This document shows positions 35,800 to 49,045 of a stretch of 64,000 nucleotides of DNA, piece by piece. The stretch is from Eledone cirrhosa (taxonomy: Eukaryota): assembly GCA_964016885.1 (NCBI GenBank), contig OZ024758.1, positions 38,006,001 through 38,070,000 on the forward strand. The letters run 5' to 3'. The first letter of the stretch is position 1, and each line of letters begins with the position of its first letter. A program made the position numbers and the translations under genes. The notes under the pieces were generated by a model. That model made no database searches. It had not been told where the DNA came from and saw nothing but the letters and a program-made list of their open reading frames with translations.

Positions 35800-38700
35800 A
35801 AGTAACTCCACTGTTGGTGAGAATTCATTTAAGTTCATGGTATTAGCTGTCAGAAGGAACGCCACTGTTGGTGAGAATTCATTTAAGTTCATGGTATTAG
35901 CTGTCAGAAGTAACTCCACTGTTGGTGAGAATTCATTTAAGTTAATGGTACTAGCTGTCAGAAGTAACTCCAATGTTGGTGAGAATTCATTTAAGTTCAT
36001 GGTATTAGCTGTCAGAAGTAACTCCACTGTTGGTGAGTATTCATTTAAGTCATGGTATTAGCTGCCAGAAGTAACTCCACTGTTGGTGAGAATTCATTTA
36101 AGTTCATGATATTAGCTGTCAGAAGTAACTCCACTGTTGGTGAGAATTCATTTAAGTTCATGGTATTAGCTGTCAGAAGTAACTCCACAGTTGGTGAGAA
36201 TTCATTTAAGTTCATGGTATTAGTTGGTCAGAAGTAACTCCACTGTTGGTGAGAATTCATTTAAGTCATGGTATTAGTTGTCAGAAGGAACTCCAATGTT
36301 GGTGAGAATTCATTTAAGTCATGGTACTAGCTGTCAGAAGTAACTCCACTGTTGGTGAGAATTCATTTAAGTTCATGGTATTAGCTGTCAGAAGGAACGC
36401 CACTGTTGGTGAGAATTCATTTAAGTTCATGGTATTAGCTGTCAGAAGTAACTCCACTGTTGGTGAGAATTCATTTAAGTTCATGGTACTAGCTGTCAGA
36501 AGTAACTCCAATGTTGGTGAGAATTCATTTAAGTTCATGGTATTAGCTGTCAGAAGTAACTCCACTGTTGGTGAGAATTCATTTAAGTCAGGGTATTAGC
36601 TGTCAGAAGTAACTCCACTGTTGGTGAGAATTCATTTAAGTTCATGGTATTAGCTGTCAGAAGGAACTCCACTGTTGGTGAGAATTCATTTAAGTTCATG
36701 GTACTAGCTGTCAGAAGTAACTCCAATGTTGGTGAGAATTCATTTAAGTTCATGGTATTAGCTGTCAGAAGTAACTCCACTGTTGGTGAGTATTCATTTA
36801 AGTCATGGTATTAGCTGCCAGAAGTAACTCCACTGTTGGTCAGAATTCATTTAAGTTCATGGTATTAGCTGTCAGAAGTAACTCCACTGTTGGTGAGAAT
36901 TCATTTAAGTTCATGGTATTAGCTGTCAGAAGTAACTCCACAGTTGGTGAGAATTCATTTAAGTTCATGGTATTAGTTGGTCAGAAGTAACTCCACTGTT
37001 GGTGAGAATTCATTTAAGTCATGGTATTAGTTGTCAGAAGGAACTCCAATGTTGGTGAGAATTCATTTAAGTCATGGTACTAGCTGTCAGAAGTAACTCC
37101 ACTGTTGGTGAGAATTCATTTAAGTTCATGGTATTAGCTGTCAGAAGGAACGCCACTGTTGGTGAGAATTCATTTAATTTCATGGTATTAGCTGTCAGAA
37201 GTAACTCCACTGTTGGTGAGAATTCATTTAAGTTCATGGTACTAGCTGTCAGAAGTAACTCCAATGTTGGTGAGAATTCATTTAAGTTCATGGTATTAGC
37301 TGTCAGAAGGAACTCCACTGTTGGTGAGAATTCATTTAAGTTCATGGTATTAGCTGTCAGAAGTAACTCCACTGTTGGTGAGAATTCATTTAGGTCATGG
37401 TATTAGCTGTCAGAAGTAACTCCATTGTTGGTGAGAATTCATTTAAGTCATGGTACTAGCTGTCAGAAGTAACTCCAATGTTGGTGAGAATTCATTTAAG
37501 TCATGGTACTAGCTGTCAGAAGTAACTCCACTGTTGGTGAGAATTCATTTAAGTCATGGTATTAGCTGTCAGAAGTAACTCCACTGTTGGTGAGAATTCA
37601 TTTAATTTCATGGTATTAGCTGTCAGAAGTAACTCCACTGTTGGTGAGAATTCATTTAAGTTCATGGTACTAGCTGTCAGAAGTAACTCCAATGTTGGTG
37701 AGAATTCATTTAAGTTCATGGTATTAGCTGTCAGAAGTAACTCCACTGTTGGTGAGAATTCATTTAAGTCATGGTATTAGCTGTCAGAAGTAACTCCACT
37801 GTTGGTGAGAATTCATTTAAGTTCATGGTATTAGCTGTCAGAAGGAACTCCACTGTTGGTGAGAATTCATTTAAGTTCATGGTACTAGCTGTCAGAAGTA
37901 ACCCCAATGTTGGTGAGAATTCATTTAAGTTCATGGTATTAGCTGTCAGAAGTAACTCCACTGTTGGTGAGTATTCATTTAAGTCATGGTATTAGCTCTC
38001 AGAAGTAACTCCACTGTTGGTGAGAATTCATTTAAGTTCATGGTATTAGCTGTCAGAAGTAACTCCACTGTTGGTGAGAATTCATTTAAGTTCATGGTAT
38101 TAGCTGTCAGAAGTAACTCCACTGTTGGTGAGAATTCATTTACGTTCATGGTATTAGTTTGTCAGAAGTAACTCCACTGTTGGTGAGAATTCATTTAAGT
38201 CATGGTATTAGTTGTCAGAAGTAACTCCAATGTTGGTGAGAATTCATTTAAGTTCATGGTAATAGCTGTCAGAAGTAACTCCACTGTTGGTGAGAATTCA
38301 TTTAAGTCATGGTATTAGCTGTCAGAAGTAACTCCAATGTTGGTGAGAATTCATTTAAGTCATGGTACTAGCTGTCAGAAGTCACTCCACTGTTGGTGAG
38401 AATTCATTTAAGTTCATGGTACTAGCTGTCAGAAATAACCCCAATGTTGGTGAGAATTCATTTAAGTTCATGGTATTAGCTGTCAGAAGTCACTCCAATG
38501 TTGGTGAGAATTCATTTAAGTTCATGGTATTAGCTGTCAGAAGTAACTCCACTGTTGGTAAGAATTCATTTAAGTTCATGGTATTAGCTGTCAGAAGTAA
38601 CTCCACTGTTGGTGAGAATTCATTTAAGTTCATGGTATTAGCTGTCAGAAGGAACGCCACTGTTGGTGAGAATTCATTTAAGTTCATGGTATTAGCTGTC

Positions 38701-41700
38701 AGAAGTAACTCCACTGTTGGTGAGAATTCATTTAAGTTAATGGTACTAGCTGTCAGAAGTAACTCCAATGTTGGTGAGAATTCATTTAAGTTCATGGTAT
38801 TAGCTGTCAGAAGTAACTCCACTGTTGGTAAGAATTCATTTAAGTTCATGGTATTAGCTGTCAGAAGTAACTCCACTGTTGGTGAGAATTCATTTAAGTT
38901 CATGGTATTAGCTGTCAGAAGGAACGCCACTGTTGGTGAGAATTCATTTAAGTTCATGGTATTAGCTGTCAGAAGTAACTCCACTGTTGGTGAGAATTCA
39001 TTTAAGTTAATGGTACTAGCTGTCAGAAGTAACTCCAATGTTGGTGAGAATTCATTTAAGTTCATGGTATTAGCTGTCAGAAGTAACTCCACTGTTGGTG
39101 AGTATTCATTTAAGTCATGGTATTAGCTGCCAGAAGTAACTCCACTGTTGGTGAGAATTCATTTAAGTTCATGATATTAGCTGTCAGAAGTAACTCCACT
39201 GTTGGTGAGAATTCATTTAAGTTCATGGTATTAGCTGTCAGAAGTAACTCCACAGTTGGTGAGAATTCATTTAAGTTCATGGTATTAGTTGGTCAGAAGT
39301 AACTCCACTGTTGGTGAGAATTCATTTAAGTCATGGTATTAGTTGTCAGAAGGAACTCCAATGTTGGTGAGAATTCATTTAAGTCATGGTATTAGCTGTC
39401 AGAAGTAACTCCACTGTTGGTGAGAATTCATTTAAGTTCATGGTATTAGATGTCAGAAGGAACGCCACTGTTGGTGAGAATTCATTTAAGTTCATGGTAT
39501 TAGCTGTCAGAAGTAACTCCACTGTTGGTGAGAATTCATTTAAGTTCATGGTACTAGCTGTCAGAAGTAACTCCAATGTTGGTGAGAATTCATTTAAGTT
39601 CATGGTATTAGCTGTCAGAAGTAACTCCACTGTTGGTGAGAATTCATTTAAGTCAGGGTATTAGCTGTCAGAAGTAACTCCACTGTTGGTGAGAATTCAT
39701 TTAAGTTCATGGTATTAGCTGTCAGAAGGAACTCCACTGTTGGTGAGAATTCATTTAAGTTCATGGTACTAGCTGTCAGAAGTAACTCCAATGTTGGTGA
39801 GAATTCATTTAAGTTCATGGTATTAGCTGTCAGAAGTAACTCCAATGTTGGTGAGAATTCATTTAAGTTCATGGTATTAGCTGTCAGAAGTAACTCCACT
39901 GTTGGTGAGAATTCATTTAAGTCATGGTATTAGCTGTCAGAAGTAACTCCACTGTTGGTGAGAATTCATTTAAGTTCATGGTATTAGCTGTCAGAAGGAA
40001 CGCCACTGTTGGTGAGAATTCATTTAAGTTCATGGTATTAGCTGTCAGAAGTAACTCCACTGTTGGTGAGAATTCATTTAAGTTAATGGTACTAGCTGTC
40101 AGAAGTAACTCCAATGTTGGTGAGAATTCATTTAAGTTCATGGTATTAGCTGTCAGAAGTAACTCCACTGTTGGTGAGTATTCATTTAAGTCATGGTATT
40201 AGCTGCCAGAAGTAACTCCACTGTTGGTGAGAATTCATTTAAGTTCATGATATTAGCTGTCAGAAGTAACTCCACTGTTGGTGAGAATTCATTTAAGTTC
40301 ATGGTATTAGCTGTCAGAAGTAACTCCACAGTTGGTGAGAATTCATTTAAGTTCATGGTATTAGTTGGTCAGAAGTAACTCCACTGTTGGTGAGAATTCA
40401 TTTAAGTCATGGTATTAGTTGTCAGAAGGAACTCCAATGTTGGTGAGAATTCATTTAAGTCATGGTACTAGCTGTCAGAAGTAACTCCACTGTTGGTGAG
40501 AATTCATTTAAGTTCATGGTATTAGCTGTCAGAAGGAACGCCACTGTTGGTGAGAATTCATTTAAGTTCATGGTATTAGCTGTCAGAAGTAACTCCACTG
40601 TTGGTGAGAATTCATTTAAGTTCATGGTACTAGCTGTCAGAAGTAACTCCAATGTTGGTGAGAATTCATTTAAGTTCATGGTATTAGCTGTCAGAAGTAA
40701 CTCCACTGTTGGTGAGAATTCATTTAAGTCAGGGTATTAGCTGTCAGAAGTAACTCCACTGTTGGTGAGAATTCATTTAAGTTCATGGTATTAGCTGTCA
40801 GAAGGAACTCCACTGTTGGTGAGAATTCATTTAAGTTCATGGTACTAGCTGTCAGAAGTAACTCCAATGTTGGTGAGAATTCATTTAAGTTCATGGTATT
40901 AGCTGTCAGAAGTAACTCCACTGTTGGTGAGTATTCATTTAAGTCATGGTATTAGCTGCCAGAAGTAACTCCACTGTTGGTCAGAATTCATTTAAGTTCA
41001 TGGTATTAGCTGTCAGAAGTAACTCCACTGTTGGTGAGAATTCATTTAAGTTCATGGTATTAGCTGTCAGAAGTAACTCCACAGTTGGTGAGAATTCATT
41101 TAAGTTCATGGTATTAGTTGGTCAGAAGTAACTCCACTGTTGGTGAGAATTCATTTAAGTCATGGTATTAGTTGTCAGAAGGAACTCCAATGTTGGTGAG
41201 AATTCATTTAAGTCATGGTACTAGATGTCAGAAGTAACTCCACTGTTGGTGAGAATTCATTTAAGTTCATGGTATTAGCTGTCAGAAGGAACGCCACTGT
41301 TGGTGAGAATTCATTTAATTTCATGGTATTAGCTGTCAGAAGTAACTCCACTGTTGGTGAGAATTCATTTAAGTTCATGGTACTAGCTGTCAGAAGTAAC
41401 TCCAATGTTGGTGAGAATTCATTTAAGTTCATGGTATTAGCTGTCAGAAGGAACTCCACTGTTGGTGAGAATTCATTTAAGTTCATGGTATTAGCTGTCA
41501 GAAGTAACTCCACTGTTGGTGAGAATTCATTTAGGTCATGGTATTAGCTGTCAGAAGTAACTCCATTGTTGGTGAGAATTCATTTAAGTCATGGTACTAG
41601 CTGTCAGAAGTAACTCCAATGTTGGTGAGAATTCATTTAAGTCATGGTACTAGCTGTCAGAAGTAACTCCACTGTTGGTGAGAATTCATTTAAGTCATGG

Positions 41701-41930
41701 TATTAGCTGTCAGAAGTAACTCCACTGTTGGTGAGAATTCATTTAATTTCATGGTATTAGCTGTCAGAAGTAACTCCACTGTTGGTGAGAATTCATTTAA
41801 GTTCATGGTACTAGCTGTCAGAAGTAACTCCAATGTTGGTGAGAATTCATTTAAGTTCATGGTATTAGCTGTCAGAAGTAACTCCACTGTTGGTGAGAAT
41901 TCATTTAAGTCATGGTATTAGCTGTCAGAA
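35800..41930. repeat. Direct block duplication, offset 4141 bp (77 monomers): ~35800-37790 repeated at ~39940-41930
   Basis: ORF starts pair at 36052/40193, 36321/40462, 36805/40946, 37074/41215, 37556/41697. Shared ATGATATT, AAGTCAGGG, GGTCAGAATTC and TTTAGGTC markers. Confidence 0.85.
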
Positions 41931-44399
41931 GTAACTCCAATGTTGGTGAGAATTCATTTAAGTCATGGTACTAGCTGTCAGAAGTCACTCCACTGTTGGT
42001 GAGAATTCATTTAAGTTCATGGTACTAGCTGTCAGAAATAACCCCAATGTTGGTGAGAATTCATTTAAGTTCATGGTATTAGCTGTCAGAAGTCACTCCA
42101 ATGTTGGTGAGAATTCATTTAAGTTCATGGTATTAGCTGTCAGAAGTAACTCCACTGTTGGTAAGAATTCATTTAAGTTCATGGTATTAGCTGTCAGAAG
42201 TAACTCCACTGTTGGTGAGAATTCATTTAAGTTCATGGTATTAGCTGTCAGAAGGAACGCCACTGTTGGTGAGAATTCATTTAAGTTCATGGTATTAGCT
42301 GTCAGAAGTAACTCCACTGTTGGTGAGAATTCATTTAAGTTAATGGTACTAGCTGTCAGAAGTAACTCCAATGTTGGTGAGAATTCATTTAAGTTCATGG
42401 TATTAGCTGTCAGAAGTAACTCCACTGTTGGTGAGTATTCATTTAAGTCATGGTATTAGCTGCCAGAAGTAACTCCACTGTTGGTGAGAATTCATTTAAG
42501 TTCATGGTATTAGCTGTCAGAAGTAACTCCACTGTTGGTGAGAATTCATTTAAGTTCATGGTATTAGCTGTCAGAAGTAACTCCACAGTTGGTGAGAATT
42601 CATTTAAGTTCATGGTATTAGTTGGTCAGAAGTAACTCCACTGTTGGTGAGAATTCATTTAAGTCATGGTATTAGTTGTCAGAAGGAACTCCAATGTTGG
42701 TGAGAATTCATTTAAGTCATGGTATTAGCTGTCAGAAGTAACTCCACTGTTGGTGAGAATTCATTTAAGTTCATGGTATTAGCTGTCAGAAGTAACTCCA
42801 CTGTTGGTGAGAATTCATTTAAGTTCATGGTATTAGCTGTCAGAAGTAACTCCACTGTTGGTGAGAATTCATTTACGTTCATGGTATTAGTTTGTCAGAA
42901 GTAACTCCACTGTTGGTGAGAATTCATTTAAGTCATGGTATTAGTTGTCAGAAGTAACTCCAATGTTGGTGAGAATTCATTTAAGTTCATGGTAATAGCT
43001 GTCAGAAGTAACTCCACTGTTGGTGAGAATTCATTTAAGTCATGGTATTAGCTGTCAGAAGTAACTCCAATGTTGGTGAGAATTCATTTAAGTCACGGTA
43101 CTAGCTGTCAGAAGTCACTCCACTGTTGGTGAGAATTCATTTAAGTTCATGGTACTAGCTGTCAGAAGTAACCCCAATGTTGGTGAGAATTCATTTAAGT
43201 TCATGGTATTAGCTGTCAGAAGTCACTCCAATGTTGGTGAGAATTCATTTAAGTTCATGGTATTAGCTGTCAGAAGTAACTCCACTGTTGGTAAGAATTC
43301 ATTTAAGTTCATGGTATTAGCTGTCAGAAGTAACTCCACTGTTGGTGAGAATTCATTTAAGTTCATGGTATTAGCTGTCAGAAGGAACGCCACTGTTGGT
43401 GAGAATTCATTTAAGTTCATGGTATTAGCTGTCAGAAGTAACTCCACTGTTGGTGAGAATTAATTTAAGTTAATGGTACTAGCTGTCAGAAGTAACTCCA
43501 ATGTTGGTGAGAATTCATTTAAGTTCATGGTATTAGCTGTCAGAAGTAACTCCACTGTTGGTGAGTATTCATTTAAGTCATGGTATTAGCTGCCAGAAGT
43601 AACTCCACTGTTGGTGAGAATTCATTTAAGTTCCTGATATTAGCTGTCAGAAGTAACTCCACTGTTGGTGAGAATTCATTTAAGTTCATGGTATTAGCTG
43701 TCAGAAGTAACTCCACAGTTGGTGAGAATTCATTTAAGTTCATGGTATTAGTTGGTCAGAAGTAACTCCACTGTTGGTGAGAATTCATTTAAGTCATGGT
43801 ATTAGTTGTCAGAAGGAACTCCAATGTTGGTGAGAATTCATTTAAGTCATGGTACTAGCTGTCAGAAGTAACTCCACTGTTGGTGAGAATTCATTTAAGT
43901 TCATGGTATTAGCTGTCAGAAGGAACGCCACTGTTGGTGAGAATTCATTTAAGTTCATGGTATTAGCTGTCAGAAGTAACTCCACTGTTGGTGAGAATTC
44001 ATTTAAGTTCATGGTACTAGCTGTCAGAAGTAACTCCAATGTTGGTGAGAATTCATTTAAGTTCATGGTATTAGCTGTCAGAAGTAACTCCACTGTTGGT
44101 GAGAATTCATTTAAGTCATGGTATTAGCTGTCAGAAGTAACTCCACTGTTGGTGAGAATTCATTTAAGTTCATGGTATTAGCTGTCAGAAGGAACTCCAC
44201 TGTTGGTGAGAATTCATTTAAGTTCATGGTACTAGCTGTCAGAAGTAACTCCAATGTTGGTGAGAATTCATTTAAGTTCATGGTATTAGCTGTCAGAAGT
44301 AACTCCACTGTTGGTGAGTATTCATTTAAGTCATGGTATTAGCTGCCAGAAGTAACTCCACTGTTGGTGAGAATTCATTTAAGTTCATGGTATTAGCTG

Positions 44400-47300
44400 T
44401 CAGAAGTAACTCCACTGTTGGTGAGAATTCATTTAAGTTCATGGTATTAGCTGTCAGAAGTAACTCCACAGTTGGTGAGAATTCATTTAAGTTCATGGTA
44501 TTAGTTGGTCAGAAGTAACTCCACTGTTGGTGAGAATTCATTTAAGTCATGGTATTAGTTGTCAGAAGGAACTCCAATGTTGGTGAGAATTCATTTAAGT
44601 CATGGTACTAGCTGTCAGAAGTAACTCCACTGTTGGTGAGAATTCATTTAAGTTCATGGTATTAGCTGTCAGAAGGAACGCCACTGTTGGTGAGAATTCA
44701 TTTAAGTTCATGGTATTAGCTGTCAGAAGTAACTCCACTGTTGGTGAGAATTCATTTAAGTTCATGGTACTAGCTGTCAGAAGTAACTCCAATGTTGGTG
44801 AGAATTCATTTAAGTTCATGGTATTAGCTGTCAGAAGGAACTCCACTGTTGGTGAGAATTCATTTAAGTTCATGGTATTAGCTGTCAGAAGTAACTCCAC
44901 TGTTGGTGAGAATTCATTTAGGTCATGGTATTAGCTGTCAGAAGTAACTCCATTGTTGGTGAGAATTCATTTAAGTCATGGTACTAGCTGTCAGAAGTAA
45001 CTCCAATGTTGGTGAGAATTCATTTAAGTCATGGTACTAGCTGTCAGAAGTAACTCCACTGTTGGTGAGAATTCATTTAAGTCATGGTATTAGCTGTCAG
45101 AAGTAACTCCACTGTTGGTGAGAATTCATTTAAGTTCATGGTATTAGCTGTCAGAAGTAACTCCACTGTTGGTGAGAATTCATTTAATTTCATGGTATTA
45201 GCTGTCAGAAGTAACTCCACTGTTGGTGAGAATTCATTTAAGTTCATGGTACTAGCTGTCAGAAGTAACTCCAATGTTGGTGAGAATTCATTTAAGTTCA
45301 TGGTATTAGCTGTCAGAAGTAACTCCACTGTTGGTGAGAATTCATTTAAGTCATGGTATTAGCTGTCAGAAGTAACTCCACTGTTGGTGAGAATTCATTT
45401 AAGTTCATGGTATTAGCTGTCAGAAGGAACTCCACTGTTGGTGAGAATTCATTTAAGTTCATGTTACTAGCTGTCAGAAGTAACTCCAATGTTGGTGAGA
45501 ATTCATTTAAGTTCATGGTATTAGCTGTCAGAAGTAATTCCACTGTTGGTGAGTATTCATTTAAGTCATGGTATTAGCTGTCAGAAGTAACTCCACTGTT
45601 GGTGAGAATTCATTTAAGTTCATGGTATTAGCTGTCAGAAGTAACTCCACTGTTGGTGAGAATTCATTTAAGTTCATGGTATTAGCTGTCAGAAGTAACT
45701 CCACTGTTGGTGAGAATTCATTTACGTTCATGGTATTAGTTTGTCAGAAGTAACTCTACTGTTGGTGAGAATTCATTTAAGTCATGGTATTAGTTGTCAG
45801 AAGTAACTCCAATGTTGGTGAGAATTCATTTAAGTTCATGGTATTAGCTGTCAGAAGTAACTCCACTGTTGGTGAGAATTCATTTAAGTTCATGGTATTA
45901 GCTGTCAGAAGGAACGCCACTGTTGGTGAGAATTCATTTAAGTTCATGGTATTAGCTGTCAGAAGTAACTCCACTGTTGGTGAGAATTCATTTAAGTTAA
46001 TGGTACTAGCTGTCAGAAGTAACTCCAATGTTGGTGAGAATTCATTTAAGTTCATGGTATTAGCTGTCAGAAGTAACTCCACTGTTGGTGAGTATTCATT
46101 TAAGTCATGGTATTAGCTGCCAGAAGTAACTCCACTGTTGGTGAGAATTCATTTAAGTTCATGGTATTAGCTGTCAGAAGTAACTCCACTGTTGGTGAGA
46201 ATTCATTTAAGTTCATGGTATTAGCTGTCAGAAGTAACTCCACAGTTGGTGAGAATTCATTTAAGTTCATGGTATTAGTTGGTCAGAAGTAACTCCACTG
46301 TTGGTGAGAATTCATTTAAGTCATGGTATTAGTTGTCAGAAGGAACTCCAATGTTGGTGAGAATTCATTTAAGTCATGGTACTAGCTGTCAGAAGTAACT
46401 CCACTGTTGGTGAGAATTCATTTAAGTTCATGGTATTAGCTGTCAGAAGTAACTCCACTGTTGGTGAGAATTCATTTAAGTTCATGGTATTAGCTGTCAG
46501 AAGTAACTCCACTGTTGGTGAGAATTCATTTAAGTTCATGGTATTAGCTGTCAGAAGTAACTCCACTGTTGGTGAGAATTCATTTACGTTCATGGTATTA
46601 GTTTGTCAGAAGTAACTCCACTGTTGGTGAGAATTCATTTAAGTCATGGTATTAGTTGTCAGAAGTAACTCCAATGTTGGTGAGAATTCATTTAAGTTCA
46701 TGGTAATAGCTGTCAGAAGTAACTCCACTGTTGGTGAGAATTCATTTAAGTTCATGGTATTAGCTGTCAGAAGTAACTCCACAGTTGGTGAGAATTCATT
46801 TAAGTTCATGGTATTAGTTGGTCAGAAGTAACTCCACTGTTGGTGAGAATTCATTTAAGTCATGGTATTAGTTGTCAGAAGGAACTCCAATGTTGGTGAG
46901 AATTCATTTAAGTCATGGTACTAGCTGTCAGAAGTAACTCCACTGTTGGTGAGAATTCATTTAAGTTCATGGTATTAGCTGTCAGAAGGAACGCCACTGT
47001 TGGTGAGAATTCATTTAAGTTCATGGTATTAGCTGTCAGAAGTAACTCCACTGTTGGTGAGAATTCATTTAAGTTCATGGTACTAGCTGTCAGAAGTAAC
47101 TCCAATGTTGGTGAGAATTCATTTAAGTTCATGGTATTAGCTGTCAGAAGGAACTCCACTGTTGGTGAGAATTCATTTAAGTTCATGGTATTAGCTGTCA
47201 GAAGTAACTCCACTGTTGGTGAGAATTCATTTAGGTCATGGTATTAGCTGTCAGAAGTAACTCCATTGTTGGTGAGAATTCATTTAAGTCATGGTACTAG

Positions 47301-49045
47301 CTGTCAGAAGTAACTCCAATGTTGGTGAGAATTCATTTAAGTCATGGTACTAGCTGTCAGAAGTAACTCCACTGTTGGTGAGAATTCATTTAAGTCATGG
47401 TATTAGCTGTCAGAAGTAACTCCACTGTTGGTGAGAATTCATTTAAGTTCATGGTATTAGCTGTCAGAAGTAACTCCACTGTTGGTGAGAATTCATTTAA
47501 TTTCATGGTATTAGCTGTCAGAAGTAACTCCACTGTTGGTGAGAATTCATTTAAGTTCATGGTACTAGCTGTCAGAAGTAACTCCAATGTTGGTGAGAAT
47601 TCATTTAAGTTCATGGTATTAGCTGTCAGAAGTAACTCCACTGTTGGTGAGAATTCATTTAAGTCATGGTATTAGCTGTCAGAAGTAACTCCACTGTTGG
47701 TGAGAATTCATTTAAGTTCATGGTATTAGCTGTCAGAAGGAACTCCACTGTTGGTGAGAATTCATTTAAGTTCATGTTACTAGCTGTCAGAAGTAACTCC
47801 AATGTTGGTGAGAATTCATTTAAGTTCATGGTATTAGCTGTCAGAAGTAATTCCACTGTTGGTGAGTATTCATTTAAGTCATGGTATTAGCTGTCAGAAG
47901 TAACTCCACTGTTGGTGAGAATTCATTTAAGTTCATGGTATTAGCTGTCAGAAGTAACTCCACTGTTGGTGAGAATTCATTTAAGTTCATGGTATTAGCT
48001 GTCAGAAGTAACTCCACTGTTGGTGAGAATTCATTTACGTTCATGGTATTAGTTTGTCAGAAGTAACTCTACTGTTGGTGAGAATTCATTTAAGTCATGG
48101 TATTAGTTGTCAGAAGTAACTCCAATGTTGGTGAGAATTCATTTAAGTTCATGGTATTAGCTGTCAGAAGTAACTCCACTGTTGGTGAGAATTCATTTAA
48201 GTTCATGGTATTAGCTGTCAGAAGGAACGCCACTGTTGGTGAGAATTCATTTAAGTTCATGGTATTAGCTGTCAGAAGTAACTCCACTGTTGGTGAGAAT
48301 TCATTTAAGTTAATGGTACTAGCTGTCAGAAGTAACTCCAATGTTGGTGAGAATTCATTTAAGTTCATGGTATTAGCTGTCAGAAGTAACTCCACTGTTG
48401 GTGAGTATTCATTTAAGTCATGGTATTAGCTGCCAGAAGTAACTCCACTGTTGGTGAGAATTCATTTAAGTTCATGGTATTAGCTGTCAGAAGTAACTCC
48501 ACTGTTGGTGAGAATTCATTTAAGTTCATGGTATTAGCTGTCAGAAGTAACTCCACAGTTGGTGAGAATTCATTTAAGTTCATGGTATTAGTTGGTCAGA
48601 AGTAACTCCACTGTTGGTGAGAATTCATTTAAGTCATGGTATTAGTTGTCAGAAGGAACTCCAATGTTGGTGAGAATTCATTTAAGTCATGGTACTAGCT
48701 GTCAGAAGTAACTCCACTGTTGGTGAGAATTCATTTAAGTTCATGGTATTAGCTGTCAGAAGTAACTCCACTGTTGGTGAGAATTCATTTAAGTTCATGG
48801 TATTAGCTGTCAGAAGTAACTCCACTGTTGGTGAGAATTCATTTAAGTTCATGGTATTAGCTGTCAGAAGTAACTCCACTGTTGGTGAGAATTCATTTAC
48901 GTTCATGGTATTAGTTTGTCAGAAGTAACTCCACTGTTGGTGAGAATTCATTTAAGTCATGGTATTAGTTGTCAGAAGTAACTCCAATGTTGGTGAGAAT
49001 TCATTTAAGTTCATGGTAATAGCTGTCAGAAGTAACTCCACTGTT
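44400..49045. repeat. Tandem duplication, period 2313 bp (43 monomers)
   Basis: ATGTTACT 45461/47774, plus paired AATTCC and ACTCTACT markers. ORF starts pair at 44602/46915, 45084/47397, 45568/47881, 46107/48420, 46376/48689. Confidence 0.9.
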
